Assembly: GCA_965248575.1 (NCBI GenBank)
Contig: CBDFJQ010000002.1
Span: 1,344,001-1,408,000 of the forward strand
DNA: 64,000 nt
Direction: 5' to 3'
Origin: Planctomycetota bacterium
GTDB taxonomy: Bacteria; Planctomycetota; B15-G4
Shown here: positions 10,623 to 20,857 of the stretch, piece by piece
Layout of the letters: each line of letters begins with the position of its first letter
Position numbering within the stretch: the first letter of the stretch is position 1
The notes under the pieces: generated by a model
The model's input: the letters and a program-made list of their open reading frames with translations, nothing else
What the model was told of the DNA's origin: nothing
Databases searched by the model: none
Translations under genes and position numbers: made by a program

Positions 10623-11195
10623 CTACGGTTGGTTGGCCGCCCCGGTCTTTCGGAAGGGCATGCCCAACGCGGTCAAGAGCTCCGTGCCAGCATCGTCGTC
10701 GGGTGCGGTGGTCACGATCGTGATGTTCATGCCCTGCATGTGCTTGATGCGGTCCAGGTCGATCTCAGGAAAGACCGTCTGGTCGGGCAAGCCCATGGAG
10801 TAGTTGCCCTGACCGTCGAGCTTCCGCTTCAGTCCGCGGAAGTCCTTGATACGGGGGATCACCACGGAGATCAGGCGGTCGAGGAACTCCCACATGCGGT
10901 CGCCGCGCAAGGTGACGCGGCAGCCGATGGGCATTCCTTCACGCAGGCGGAAGTTCGAGACGCTCATCCGCGCCACCGTATGCGAGGCCTTTTGGCCCAC
11001 GATGGCGGTCAGGTCGGCCGCAGCCGAGTCGACAAGGGCAGCGTTCTCGCGGGCTTCTCCAACGCCCATGCTGACGACGACCTTCTGGATGGTCGGAGCT
11101 GCATGGATGTTCTTGATGCCAGACTTCTCCATCAGCTCAGCGCGAGCTTCCTTGAAGCTGGTCTTCAGGCGGGGAACGTAGGTTTCGGTACTCAT
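10623..11195 (-). CDS. rplE: 50S ribosomal protein L5
   Basis: FRLREGMPIGCRVTLRG, PRIKDFRG. Confidence 0.98.
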   Translation of the reverse strand: MSTETYVPRLKTSFKEARAELMEKSGIKNIHAAPTIQKVVVSMGVGEARENAALVDSAAADLTAIVGQKASHTVARMSVSNFRLREGMPIGCRVTLRGDRMWEFLDRLISVVIPRIKDFRGLKRKLDGQGNYSMGLPDQTVFPEIDLDRIKHMQGMNITIVTTAPDDDAGTELLTALGMPFRKTGAANQP

Positions 11196-11223
11196 GATCC
11201 GGTTCTCGGTCTCAGCCTTCGGC

Positions 11224-11538
11224 TCAGCTATCGATCTGCTTGCCAGAGGGGCGCATGACGCGCACCTTTTGGCCGTCCACTACCGAGGCGCCGAGGCGCA
11301 CACCCTTACCCGACTCCGCATCGTGGTAGGCCAGGTTGGACACATCCACGGGATACTCCCGTTGCGTGCGTCCACCCTGCGGCATCTCCTGGCTCCGGCG
11401 CTGGTGCTTGAACTTCATGTTCACACCCTCAACCAAGGCCATGTCCTTCTTGCGATCGATGTCGATGATCCGTCCCGTCTTGCCGCGGTCTGCACCGGCA
11501 AGGACGATGATGGTGTCACCCTTCTTCAGGCGCGTCAT
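11224..11538 (-). CDS. rplX: 50S ribosomal protein L24
   Basis: KKGDTIIVLAGADRGKTG (KOW motif), VEGVN. Confidence 0.97.
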   Translation of the reverse strand: MTRLKKGDTIIVLAGADRGKTGRIIDIDRKKDMALVEGVNMKFKHQRRSQEMPQGGRTQREYPVDVSNLAYHDAESGKGVRLGASVVDGQKVRVMRPSGKQIDS

Positions 11539-11906
11539 CAGACCACCTCATTCGCGAGAGAGATGATCTTCATGAAGTTCTTCTGGCGCAGCTCACGAGC
11601 CACCGCGCCGAAGATACGGGTCCCGACGGGGTTCCCGTCCTTGTCGATGATGACGAGGGCATTGCTGTCGAAACGCAGGCGGGACCCATCACGACGGCGG
11701 ATGTCCTTGCGCGTCCGGACGATCACGCCGCGAACGACGGTGCCCTTCTTGATGCTCGCCGTCGGAATCGACTTCTTCACGGAGCCGATGATGATATCCC
11801 CGATGCTGGCGTAGCGCCGCTTGCTGCCACCCAGCACCTTGAAGCACTGAACGGCTTTCGCACCGGTGTTGTCAGCGACCTCGAGCGTGGTCTGCATCTG
11901 AATCAT
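11538..11906 (-). CDS. rplN: 50S ribosomal protein L14
   Basis: [28 protein letters not shown]. Confidence 0.98.
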   Translation of the reverse strand: MIQMQTTLEVADNTGAKAVQCFKVLGGSKRRYASIGDIIIGSVKKSIPTASIKKGTVVRGVIVRTRKDIRRRDGSRLRFDSNALVIIDKDGNPVGTRIFGAVARELRQKNFMKIISLANEVV

Positions 11907-12175
11907 GCGTCCACCTCCGCCCGCTCCATCACCCGCGTGAGCCGCCAGCGTTTGCTCTTGCTCAACGGACGGGAGAACACGACCTCGACCGTGTCGCCTT
12001 CCTTGGCTTCATTGTTCTCGTCGTGGGCGACGAGCGTGGTGAAGCGCCTGATGATCTTCTTGTAAAGCGGATGCATGAGGCGCCGCTCCACCTTCACGAC
12101 GATCGTCTTGTCCATCCGGTCACTCTTGACCTGACCGACTTTCGTGACGACTCGTGGAGTCCTGTCTGCTGACAT
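11903..12175 (-). CDS. rpsQ: 30S ribosomal protein S17
   Basis: [27 protein letters not shown]; start set at ATG 12175. Confidence 0.97.
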   Translation of the reverse strand: MSADRTPRVVTKVGQVKSDRMDKTIVVKVERRLMHPLYKKIIRRFTTLVAHDENNEAKEGDTVEVVFSRPLSKSKRWRLTRVMERAEVDA

Positions 12176-12188
12176 CTCTTGGTCTTCC

Positions 12189-12419
12189 TCAGGTCCGGGG
12201 CTGCGAGCCGCGGATGTTCGTCTGCCGTTCGCGCAGCAGCGTTTGAATGCGCGCGATTTCCCGGCGCAGCTCGGAAATGCGACTCGGGTTTGCGATGCCC
12301 TCGGCGCTGGCCTTGAAGCGCAGCTCGAACAGCTCCTTCTTGTGCTCGGCACAATCAAATTCGAGCTCGCTGTCCAGCTTCTCTCGAAGCTCCTTGAGTC
12401 CCTTGTTGCCGGCGCTCAC
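12189..12419 (-). CDS. rpmC: 50S ribosomal protein L29
   Basis: [21 protein letters not shown] start overlaps the rplP stop. Confidence 0.95.
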   Translation of the reverse strand: MSAGNKGLKELREKLDSELEFDCAEHKKELFELRFKASAEGIANPSRISELRREIARIQTLLRERQTNIRGSQPRT

Positions 12420-12829
12420 CGAACCCTCCTCTTCACCAACCGGCACTTCACCGGCAGCTTGTGGGCCACACGGTTCATGGCCAGCTTTGCGTGGGCCTCG
12501 TCCGTACCGCCGATCTCGTAGATCACCGTGCCGGGCTTGATGGATGCAGCCCAGAACTCCGGCTCGCCCTTGCCCTTACCCATGCGGGTCTCGGCGGGAA
12601 TGCTGGTGATGGGCTTGTGCGGGAAGACACGGATCGTGATGCGGGAGCCGGGAGCCGCGCGGTTGGCGGCCACACGACCGGCCTCCAGCACACGCGCGTT
12701 GAGGTATCCAGCCTGAAGGGACTGCAGGCCCCATTCGCCGAACTCGACAGTGTGGCAACGAGTCGCTTCGCCGCGGATCTTGCCCTTCTGCACCTTCCGG
12801 TGCTTGAAGCGCTTCGGCATGTTCTTCAT
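12416..12829 (-). CDS. rplP: 50S ribosomal protein L16
   Basis: MPKRFKHRK, IRVFPHKP, ETRMGKGKG. Confidence 0.97.
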   Translation of the reverse strand: MKNMPKRFKHRKVQKGKIRGEATRCHTVEFGEWGLQSLQAGYLNARVLEAGRVAANRAAPGSRITIRVFPHKPITSIPAETRMGKGKGEPEFWAASIKPGTVIYEIGGTDEAHAKLAMNRVAHKLPVKCRLVKRRVR

Positions 12830-13485
12830 GACGGCCGCCCCGGCGCAGGTGCGGCGAAGTCGGCGTAGCGACCGCGGTAGATCCACACCTTGACGCCAAT
12901 CACACCCATCGTGGTGCGAGCGATCCCCGTGCCGTAGTCCACCCAGGCATCCAGGGTGGAAAGCGGCACAGAACCCAGCGAGATCTTCTGCTCACGCGCG
13001 ATTTCCGCACCACCCAAACGACCGGCGATGTGGATCTTCACGCCCAAGGCACCCGCCTGCATCGTGAGGTCAGCTGACTTCTTGAGAGCACGTCGGTAGC
13101 TCGCACGGCGCATGAGCTGCTCGGCCATGCTCTCGGCGACCAGCTGAGCCGATAGTTCAGGCTTGCTGATCTCGACCGTCCGAATCGCCACGGGCTTGTT
13201 GCAGATGTTGGTCAGCTCATCGTTGAGCTTCTCGACCTGCGCACCGCGACGACCGATGAGCAATCCGGGCCGAGCCGTGTGAATGATGACCGTCACACGC
13301 TCACGCGTCCGCTCGATGTCGATGCGGGGCACGGCAGCGGCGTGGTACTCCTTCTTCACGAATCGGCGGATCATCTGGTCTTCGTAGAGCAGCGCTCCGA
13401 ATTCCTTCTTGCCGGCATACCAGCGGGACCGCCAGGGCTCCGTGATGCCGACGCGGAATCCGATTGGGTGGACTTTCTGGCCCAT
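12826..13485 (-). CDS. rpsC: 30S ribosomal protein S3
   Basis: MGQKVHPIGFRVG, TARPGLLIGRRG, GRLGGAEIAR. Confidence 0.98.
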   Translation of the reverse strand: MGQKVHPIGFRVGITEPWRSRWYAGKKEFGALLYEDQMIRRFVKKEYHAAAVPRIDIERTRERVTVIIHTARPGLLIGRRGAQVEKLNDELTNICNKPVAIRTVEISKPELSAQLVAESMAEQLMRRASYRRALKKSADLTMQAGALGVKIHIAGRLGGAEIAREQKISLGSVPLSTLDAWVDYGTGIARTTMGVIGVKVWIYRGRYADFAAPAPGRPS

Positions 13486-13898
13486 CAGGCCTTCTCCCCC
13501 TGGTTTTCTTGGTCGTTGGAATCTCCACCCGCGGCGCCGACAGGCGCACTCATCGGGGAGAGCGAGATATGAATGTGACTGGTGCGCTTGCGGTACGGCA
13601 TGGCACGACCACGCGCGGACGGCCGCCAACGGATGTGGCCACCGAGCAGCGGGCCCTCATCGACCCGAGCGATCGAGACCACCAGGTCGTTCAGGTCGAG
13701 GCTGCCCCCACTCTTCTGCTCGGCGTTTGCCACAGCAGAGCGAACCACGCTCTTGACGAGCACGGCGGCCCGCTTGGGAGAGCGGTCGAGCAGGACGAGA
13801 GCCCGGTTCACCGGAAGCCCGCGCACGAGGTCCACCACGAGCCGCGCCTTGCGGGCGGTGATCTTGGCGAAGCGATGTTTTGCGTTGAACTCGATCAT
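13485..13898 (-). CDS. rplV: 50S ribosomal protein L22
   Basis: ARKARLVVDLVRG, SAVANAE, ARGRA...KRTSHI. Confidence 0.97.
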   Translation of the reverse strand: MIEFNAKHRFAKITARKARLVVDLVRGLPVNRALVLLDRSPKRAAVLVKSVVRSAVANAEQKSGGSLDLNDLVVSIARVDEGPLLGGHIRWRPSARGRAMPYRKRTSHIHISLSPMSAPVGAAGGDSNDQENQGEKA

Positions 13899-13904
13899 GT
13901 CTGC

Positions 13905-14186
13905 CTACCTGCCCCGGGAGGACTCCTTCTTGTTCGTGTGACCACGGAAGGTCCGAGTGGGTGCGAACTCGCCGAGCTTGTGGCCCACCATGTCTTCAAC
14001 AACGAAGATCTTCTGGTGCCGCCGACCGTCGTGCACCAGGAAGGTGTGACCCACGAAATCCGGCGTGATGGTGCAGGAACGGGCCCATGTCGTGATGGGC
14101 TCCCGGCGTCCCTCGCGTGCCATGCGGAGAACCTTCTTCTCCAACTTGACATCCACGTAGGGGCCTTTTTTCAGACTGCGGCTCAC
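13905..14186 (-). CDS. rpsS: 30S ribosomal protein S19
   Basis: [28 protein letters not shown] start at 14186. Confidence 0.98.
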   Translation of the reverse strand: MSRSLKKGPYVDVKLEKKVLRMAREGRREPITTWARSCTITPDFVGHTFLVHDGRRHQKIFVVEDMVGHKLGEFAPTRTFRGHTNKKESSRGR

Positions 14187-14267
14187 TGTGCTGCTCTCTC
14201 TGAGTTCCATCGGCCGCCCTGGGTCCGTCCCAGGCGCGTCCTTGTTAGTCCTGCTACACCCGCTGCA

Positions 14268-15101
14268 TCAACGCTTCGACTTGCGCTTGCGGATGATCAT
14301 GCGGCTCGACGCCTTCTTCGCGTGACGCGTCTTGCCACCCTTTGCGAGCTTGCCCCATGGAGACACGGGGTGCCGCCCACCAGCCGTCCGGCCCTCACCA
14401 CCACCCATCGGGTGAGCGTAGGCAGACATGGCTGTACCGCGAACCTTGGGCCGACGACCCTTCCAGCGGTTACGCCCAGCCTTACCCAGCTTGACGAGGC
14501 CGTGGTCGATGTTGCCGACCTGGCCGATCGTCGCGCGGCAGCGCGAGTGCACCTTGCGCTGCTCGCCAGACGGCAAGATCAGCTGGGCGTACTCACCTTC
14601 GCGGGACGACAACCGAATGACGGTTCCAGCCGAGCGGCCCATGCGGGCGCCACGACCTGGCTCGAGCTCGACACAGTGGATCAGCGTGCCCAAGGGCATG
14701 TGACGCAGTTCCATGGCGTTGCCCAGCTTCGGCTCGGCATCGGGGCCGGACATCACCGTGGCCCCCTGCTTCAAGCCCAAGGGGGCGACGATGTAGGCCT
14801 TCTTGCCATCGGCGTAGTGCAGCAGCGCGATGTTGGCCGAGCGGTTCGGATCGTACTGCACCTCAGCGACCTTGGCCGGCACGCCATCGTGGCGACGGCG
14901 GAAGTCGATCATGCGGTACTTGCGCTTGTGACCGCCGCCCCGGCGGTGGCTCGTGATGCGACCGTGGGCGTTGCGCCCCGAGTGCCGCTTGAGCCGCTTG
15001 GTCAGGGACTTCTCTGGCTTGCCGCCAGTGATGTCGGGGTCCCGCGCGACGGTTGCGCCACGACGACCGGGCGACGTCGGCTTGTACTTATGGATGGCCA
15101 T
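14268..15101 (-). CDS. rplB: 50S ribosomal protein L2
   Basis: [27 protein letters not shown]. Confidence 0.98.
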   Translation of the reverse strand: MAIHKYKPTSPGRRGATVARDPDITGGKPEKSLTKRLKRHSGRNAHGRITSHRRGGGHKRKYRMIDFRRRHDGVPAKVAEVQYDPNRSANIALLHYADGKKAYIVAPLGLKQGATVMSGPDAEPKLGNAMELRHMPLGTLIHCVELEPGRGARMGRSAGTVIRLSSREGEYAQLILPSGEQRKVHSRCRATIGQVGNIDHGLVKLGKAGRNRWKGRRPKVRGTAMSAYAHPMGGGEGRTAGGRHPVSPWGKLAKGGKTRHAKKASSRMIIRKRKSKR

Positions 15102-15104
15102 GGC

Positions 15105-15389
15105 CTAGAGGAACTCCACGGTGTCGCCATCGGCGAGCGTAACGACGGCGCGTTTCCAGTCAGGGCGACGGGAAGCCTTCGGGCCCCGTCCCTTCACTTT
15201 TCCACGGCGCGTCATGGTGCGAACCTGCATGACGTTCACATCGAAGAGTTCCTCGATGGCCGTCTTGATCTGCACCTTGTTGGCATAGGGAGCCACCAGA
15301 AACGTGTATCCGTTCACGTCGGTGGTGATGTCGGTGCCCTTTTCGGTGATCAAGGGGCGCCGGATGATGTCGCGTGCGTCGTTTCTCAT
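15105..15389 (-). CDS. rplW: 50S ribosomal protein L23
   Basis: IIRRPLITEK, ANKVQIKTAIEELF, WKRAVVTL. Confidence 0.97.
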   Translation of the reverse strand: MRNDARDIIRRPLITEKGTDITTDVNGYTFLVAPYANKVQIKTAIEELFDVNVMQVRTMTRRGKVKGRGPKASRRPDWKRAVVTLADGDTVEFL

Positions 15390-16063
15390 GACTCGTCGCC
15401 CTCACTCTTGGCGCCGACAGAAGCCGTGGCCTTGGACGAACGATGCTCGAGGCGCGTCATGAGCACATCCCACGCATCGTCCACGAACAACACCTTGCGG
15501 TGCCAAAGGACATGGAAGGTGTTGAGGTCGGACGCGCGGATGATATGCACGCGCGGCAGGTTGCGGAACGACTTCCAGAGGGACTCGTTCTCGGACGGGA
15601 TCACGATCGCCGCCGAACCTTCCCAGCCCAGGTCGGACATCAGCTTGGCTGCAGTCTTGGTCGTGGGCGCGTCGAAAGGCGCCGACGCACAGACAGCCAC
15701 TTCGCTGTCGCGCAGCTTGCCGAGCAAGGCCGAGCGAAGAGCTTCACGCAGCGCCTTGCGCGGCATGGTGTAGCTGTAGTCACGGGGACGGGGGCCGAAG
15801 ATCACGCCGCCGCCACGAAGCAGAGGCGAGTTGAAATCGCCACGGCGGGCGTTGCCCGTGCCCTTCTGCTTGTAGGGCTTGCGCGTGGTGTAGGACACCT
15901 CCGCGCGAGTCTTCGTCTTGACGGTGCCCTGACGAGCGTTCGCTTCGTACATGCGAACGACGTCGCGCATGAGCTTCAGCTTGACGATCTCACCGAGGCT
16001 GTCGGAGGGAAGCTCAGCAGTTCCCACCGCTCCATCAGCGCTCCAGCTGCTGACCTGTGCCAT
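15386..16063 (-). CDS. rplD: 50S ribosomal protein L4
   Basis: KTKTRAEV, KPYKQKGTGNARRG, GGGVIFGPRPR. Confidence 0.97.
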   Translation of the reverse strand: MAQVSSWSADGAVGTAELPSDSLGEIVKLKLMRDVVRMYEANARQGTVKTKTRAEVSYTTRKPYKQKGTGNARRGDFNSPLLRGGGVIFGPRPRDYSYTMPRKALREALRSALLGKLRDSEVAVCASAPFDAPTTKTAAKLMSDLGWEGSAAIVIPSENESLWKSFRNLPRVHIIRASDLNTFHVLWHRKVLFVDDAWDVLMTRLEHRSSKATASVGAKSEGDES

Positions 16064-16725
16064 CACTTGCCACCCTTCTGGACGAGATTGCTCTCGCGCA
16101 CGATCACCAGGCCGCCGTTCGCGCCCGGGACGGGTCCCTTGATCATCAGGCGACCATTCTCAGCGTCGACCGCGAGGATCTCCAAACCCTTGACTGTGAC
16201 CCGCTCGCCACCCATGCGACCTGCCATCCGCTTGCCCTTGATGACTCGCCCTGGGTACTTGCACATGCCGATCGAGCCGGGCCGCCGGACGTTCTGGCTA
16301 CCGTGGCTCACCGGCCCACGAGCGAAGCCGTGCCGCTTGATGGTGCCGGCAAAGCCCTTGCCCTTGCTGGTTCCGACAACGTCGACGAACCCGCCGACTT
16401 CGAAGACATCCACACCCACGGTGGCGCCGACTTCGAGATCGGCACCCTCTGCGCCAGCGCCAGCCGCCCCACCACGCACCTCGCGCACATGGCGCAGGGG
16501 CTCGGTCAGGCCGGCCTTCTGGAACTGGCCGAGGCGCGGCTTGGAGACGACCTTCGGGCGGATGGAGCCGACGCCAAACTGCACGGCCTCGTAGCCATCC
16601 TTCTCAACGGTCTTCACCGCCGTCACGGTGTTCTGGGCAACGTCCAACACGGTGACCGGCATGCGCTGGCCATCCTCAAGCCAGAGCTGGGTCATCCCAC
16701 GTTTGGTTCCGAGTAGCGACTTCAC
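16063..16725 (-). CDS. rplC: 50S ribosomal protein L3
   Basis: LGTKRGMTQ, SKGKGFAGTIKRHGF, KGKRMAGRMG; GTG start at 16725. Confidence 0.97.
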   Translation of the reverse strand: MKSLLGTKRGMTQLWLEDGQRMPVTVLDVAQNTVTAVKTVEKDGYEAVQFGVGSIRPKVVSKPRLGQFQKAGLTEPLRHVREVRGGAAGAGAEGADLEVGATVGVDVFEVGGFVDVVGTSKGKGFAGTIKRHGFARGPVSHGSQNVRRPGSIGMCKYPGRVIKGKRMAGRMGGERVTVKGLEILAVDAENGRLMIKGPVPGANGGLVIVRESNLVQKGGK

Positions 16726-16822
16726 AGCGCACTCCCATCGTTCATGCACACGGTGTTGCCCCGGCAGTCAGGCAGCGCTGTCGCTGCGGCCAGGGTCGAA
16801 AACAGGTTCACGTCCGAACTCA

Positions 16823-17131
16823 TCACGCCTTGACCCGAATGTCGACACCGGCAGGAAGCGTGAGCTTGCTGATGGCATCGACGGTCTTGCTCGTCGGCTC
16901 GAGAATGTGAATCAGGCGCTTGTGGGTTCGAATCTCGAACTGCTCCCGACTCTTCTTGTCGACGTGGGGCGAGCGCAGAACGGTGTAACGCTCAATGCGA
17001 GTGGGCAGCGGAATCGGGCCAGCAACGCGGGCGCCGGTGCGACGAGCGCCATCGGCAATGTCCGCAGCGGACTGGTCCAGGGTCTCGTGGTCGTAGGCCT
17101 CGAGGCGGATGATGATCTTCTTGGTCTGCAT
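16823..17131 (-). CDS. rpsJ: 30S ribosomal protein S10
   Basis: [35 protein letters not shown]. Confidence 0.98.
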   Translation of the reverse strand: MQTKKIIIRLEAYDHETLDQSAADIADGARRTGARVAGPIPLPTRIERYTVLRSPHVDKKSREQFEIRTHKRLIHILEPTSKTVDAISKLTLPAGVDIRVKA

Positions 17132-17377
17132 CGCTCTCTTCGGTGACACCTGTGAGCTGGTGAGCTTGTACGGCCTTCAAGGACCACGGCGAACATGCCG
17201 CGAGCCAAAACAATCCCGCCGCCGCGCGTTCAACTTGCGCGCCGGTGGGTTACGTGCATCGAGTCGCCATCGCAAAAACGGGGTCTCCTGCCCGTGAACC
17301 GCATCCACTGACTGATTGGAAGCGAGGCGGAAGCCTCCGTCTGGGGGTGTTTCTGCCCTGACGGCGAAAAACGGGCG

Positions 17378-17405
17378 ATTCTAGGTGCAAGGCGCTTCGA
17401 GTCAA
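17378..17405 (-). promoter_or_regulatory. Putative sigma70 promoter of the S10 operon
   Basis: Minus strand TTGACT-N16-TAGAAT, about 245 nt upstream of rpsJ. Confidence 0.65.
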
Positions 17406-17573
17406 AGAGAATCTGCCCAGGATCCCTGGCCAAACGGGTGCTGTTTGGGGGCTGCGGCGGCTCGGAGACCGGCCCCCCCCGCGGGGGCCGCACCGCAAAC
17501 GCTCTGAGCGCAGTGTTCCGCGACTCCCGGCTGCCTGTATCAACGGCCGGCAAGGCCCACGAGGCCGTCCGAA

Positions 17574-19637
17574 TCACAGGACCATCCCCGCAGCTCGGCC
17601 GGGCGGAAGAGGCTCATAGGAGCGCGGCTCCACCGTGAAGGTGGCTCGGCCCTGGCTCAGGGAGCGCAGCACAGTGGAGTAGCCAAAGATCTCCGACAGA
17701 GGCACGCTGCCGCGGATCGTGGCAGGGTCCGTGTCCGTCGACAGGCCGGAGACCCGGGCCCTACGCCCGTTGAGGTCTGAGTTGACCCCCGTCAGGAACT
17801 CGATCGGGCAGGAGATTTCGAAGGTCATCACCGGCTCAAGCAGTTGAGGGTCAGCCTTCTCGGCCGCCTCGCGGAAGGCCAGGTGGGTCGCGTGGGAGAA
17901 GGCCGCGTCCGTGCTGCTCTGATCGCGGGCTTGGCCGCCCAGCAGGGTGATGCGGATTCCGGAGACGGGAAAGCCCATCGACAGGCCGCCACCCGCGGCG
18001 TCGAGCGCCGCCCGCTCAATCGTTGGATGGAAGATGCGAGGAACATCCTCCCCATCCATCTCGTTGACCACCTCGACGGGGGTCGCCCCGTCGCAGGGCT
18101 CCACTTTCAAGCGCACGCCGGCATAGAGGGAGCGGTTGTTGACCAGGCGATCGAAGATGGCCTCGGCCTGGCCCGTGCCCGCCAGGGTCTGACGGAACGC
18201 CACCCGTGGCTCACCGACCCGGATGGCCATCTTGAAGTCGCGCTCGATGCGGTGGCGGATCACCTCCAGGTGCAACTCCCCCACCCCGGAAATGATCATC
18301 TGGCCCGTCTCTTCGTCCACGCGCCAGACGAAGGAGGGGTCATCGCGTGACAACAGGTCGAGCACGCGCACCAGTTCATCCTTGTCCTTCAAGCTGTGAG
18401 GCTCGATGGACATGGAAATCACGGGTTCTGTGGTCTCCATCCCCTCGAGCACGATGGGGTCGCCCTTGTCGCACAAGGTGTCCCCCGTCTTGCTGTGCTT
18501 CAGCCCCACCACGGCCACGATGTCGCCCGCCTCGGCCAGCTCCACGGACTCCCGTTCGTCGGCGTGCATGACGAACATCCGATTGACCCGCTCGGTCTTG
18601 GCGGTGCGCGGATTGAAGACTTGTTCAGCCAGACTCAGCTTGCCTGAGTAGATCCGAGCGAAGACCAGGTCCCCTTGGCTCACCCAGATCGTCTTGAAGA
18701 TGAGCGCGCACAACGGACCGGCAGGATCGCAGGTCCGCTCGACATGGGCCCCGGTCTGGGGATGGACCCCCACCGCTGGCGGAACCTCATCCGGGGCCGG
18801 GAGGAACTGGCAGACGGCATCCAGGACTGGCTGGACCCCCACGTTGCGAAAGGCGGAGCCGCAGACCACCGGGACGAACTTCAACCCGAGGGCGCCCTCA
18901 CGCAGGGCCTCTTGGATGGCCTGCGGTGTGCAGTCCATCTCGTGCTCCAGGTAGAGCTCTGCGAAGGAGTCGATGGAGTCGGCCAGCTCCTCCAGCATGC
19001 TCAGCCGGGCCAGCGTGGCGTCCTCTAGCAAATCCGCCGGGATCTCATCCTCCTGTACGTCCTTGCCGAGCGAACCTTCGGTGAATCGAAGCGCCCGCAT
19101 GCTCACCAGGTCGATGACCCCTTTGAGCTCCTTCTCGCGACCCCAAGGCATCTGGACCGGGATCGTCTTGACCTTCAGGCGCTCCGTGATGTCGGACACG
19201 ACCCGGTCGAAGTCGGCCCCGACCCGGTCCAGCTTGTTGACGAACACCACGCGCGGAACGTGATAGCGATCCGCCTGCCGCCAGACGGTCTCGGACTGCG
19301 CCTGGACCCCCGCAACACCGCAGACCACGACCACGGCCCCATCGAGCACTCGCAGACTCCGCTCCACCTCGACCGTGAAGTCGACATGTCCCGGGGTGTC
19401 GATGATGTTGATGCGGTGCTTCTTCCAGCTGCAGCTCGTGGCCGCGCTGGTGATGGTGATCCCTCGCTCGCGCTCTTCGTCGAGGTAGTCCATCTTGGCC
19501 GTCCCCTCGTGCACCTCTCCCATGCGGTGTGCACGGTCGGTGTAGAAGAGGATCCGCTCAGTGAGCGTGGTCTTGCCCGCATCGATGTGCGCGATCACAC
19601 CGATGTTGCGGATGCGGTCGCGCTTCACACGGGCCAT
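17574..19637 (-). CDS. fusA: Elongation factor G-family GTPase with divergent domain IV
   Basis: [23 protein letters not shown]; str-operon position; ATG 19637 preceded by GGAGG. Confidence 0.92.
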   Translation of the reverse strand: MARVKRDRIRNIGVIAHIDAGKTTLTERILFYTDRAHRMGEVHEGTAKMDYLDEERERGITITSAATSCSWKKHRINIIDTPGHVDFTVEVERSLRVLDGAVVVVCGVAGVQAQSETVWRQADRYHVPRVVFVNKLDRVGADFDRVVSDITERLKVKTIPVQMPWGREKELKGVIDLVSMRALRFTEGSLGKDVQEDEIPADLLEDATLARLSMLEELADSIDSFAELYLEHEMDCTPQAIQEALREGALGLKFVPVVCGSAFRNVGVQPVLDAVCQFLPAPDEVPPAVGVHPQTGAHVERTCDPAGPLCALIFKTIWVSQGDLVFARIYSGKLSLAEQVFNPRTAKTERVNRMFVMHADERESVELAEAGDIVAVVGLKHSKTGDTLCDKGDPIVLEGMETTEPVISMSIEPHSLKDKDELVRVLDLLSRDDPSFVWRVDEETGQMIISGVGELHLEVIRHRIERDFKMAIRVGEPRVAFRQTLAGTGQAEAIFDRLVNNRSLYAGVRLKVEPCDGATPVEVVNEMDGEDVPRIFHPTIERAALDAAGGGLSMGFPVSGIRITLLGGQARDQSSTDAAFSHATHLAFREAAEKADPQLLEPVMTFEISCPIEFLTGVNSDLNGRRARVSGLSTDTDPATIRGSVPLSEIFGYSTVLRSLSQGRATFTVEPRSYEPLPPGRAAGMVL

Positions 19638-19769
19638 GCCAGCCTCCAACTCATGCCAGCCTCGCCAAGCGTCGACATGAGGTTCGAACGCATCGCCGAG
19701 ACGGGAATGCCTGCAGGATCAACCTGAAGACACTCACTGTTTCTCTCAGGCGAGCGGCCGGCGGACGCC

Positions 19770-20243
19770 CTACCAGGCGAAGTGGGCGTAAGCCTTGTTG
19801 GCCTCGGCCATCTTGTGCGTGTTCTCACGCGTCGTGAAGGCAGTGCCCTGCTTCTTGCAGGCGTCGTAGAGCTCTTCCGCGAGCTTGCGAGCGACGGGCT
19901 TGCCCTTCTTCTTGCGCGTGGCCTGAAGCAACCAGCGGAAGGCCAAAGCCTGCTGCCGGTCGCGCCGGATTTCGTGCGGCACCTGCAAGGTGGCGCCACC
20001 GACACGTCGGGAGCGCACTTCCACGCTGGGCTTCACGTTGTTCACTGCGTTGGTGAAGCTCTCGATGGCATCGTCGTCCGGGATCTTTTCGACCAGGATG
20101 TCGAGTGCCTCGTAGAAGATCTTCTGTGCGGTGGACTTCTTGCCGTCCAGCATCAAGCAGTTGATGAACCTGCTGGCGAGCAAGCTGCCGAATTTGGGAT
20201 CCGGCTTCTGGTACTTGGCGGTCGAAACGTACTTGCGGGGCAT
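19770..20243 (-). CDS. rpsG: 30S ribosomal protein S7
   Basis: MLDGKKSTA, EVRSRRVGGAT, HKMAEANKAYAHF. Confidence 0.98.
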   Translation of the reverse strand: MPRKYVSTAKYQKPDPKFGSLLASRFINCLMLDGKKSTAQKIFYEALDILVEKIPDDDAIESFTNAVNNVKPSVEVRSRRVGGATLQVPHEIRRDRQQALAFRWLLQATRKKKGKPVARKLAEELYDACKKQGTAFTTRENTHKMAEANKAYAHFAW

Positions 20244-20272
20244 CTTTTATGACTCGTGCGTCGGGGCGACGA

Positions 20273-20647
20273 TCAGGACTTCGGGCGCTTGCTGCCGTAC
20301 TTGCTACGACCCTGCCGGCGGTCCGCAACGGGAGCCGCATCGAGGGTGCCGCGAATGATGTGGTACCGAACGCCGGGAAGGTCCCGGACACGGCCACCGC
20401 GGACAAGCACGATCGCGTGCTCCTGCAAGGTGTGCTTCTCACCGCCGATGTAGGCGGTGATCTCCTTGCCATTGCTCAGCTTCACCCTGGCGATCTTGCG
20501 CAGAGCGGAGTTCGGCTTCTTTGGGGTCTGGATCTTGACCTGCAAGCAGACACCGCGCTTCTGGGAGCATTTGTCGAGGACAGGGGCCTTGGAGACCTTG
20601 CGGATCTTCTTGCGACCCTGTCGGACGAGCTGATTGATCGTCGGCAT
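20273..20647 (-). CDS. rpsL: 30S ribosomal protein S12
   Basis: [32 protein letters not shown]. Confidence 0.98.
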   Translation of the reverse strand: MPTINQLVRQGRKKIRKVSKAPVLDKCSQKRGVCLQVKIQTPKKPNSALRKIARVKLSNGKEITAYIGGEKHTLQEHAIVLVRGGRVRDLPGVRYHIIRGTLDAAPVADRRQGRSKYGSKRPKS

Positions 20648-20700
20648 GTTGTGCGGCTGTTTCTGAGGGTTTCTACTTCGTCTTCAACGGCGAGCGGCGC

Positions 20701-20729
20701 ATTTCATCAATCGGCCCGGCCTGGGTCAA
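20701..20729 (-). promoter_or_regulatory. Possible sigma70 promoter of the str operon
   Basis: Minus strand TTGACC-N17-TGAAAT, about 55 nt upstream of rpsL; weak -10. Confidence 0.4.
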
Positions 20730-20857
20730 GAGGCTCGCACCGCCACCGGAAGGATCCCGGGGGTGTCGCAACTCGGTTCTCGTACTCGTCCTGCTCCTGC
20801 GGCTGCTTCGGAGCCCCGTTTGAGGGCCCTGCTGACCCCTTCGCAGATTCATGCTGC

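Noticed and set aside
17470..17490. GC hairpin after fusA as an intrinsic terminator
   Set aside because: An 8-bp stem is present but there is no U-tract, so it cannot be called a terminator.
20673..20852. Possible ~59-codon ORF between rpoC and rpsL (MNLRRGQQ...)
   Set aside because: No similarity to L7Ae or any family I recognise, and it overlaps the likely str promoter.
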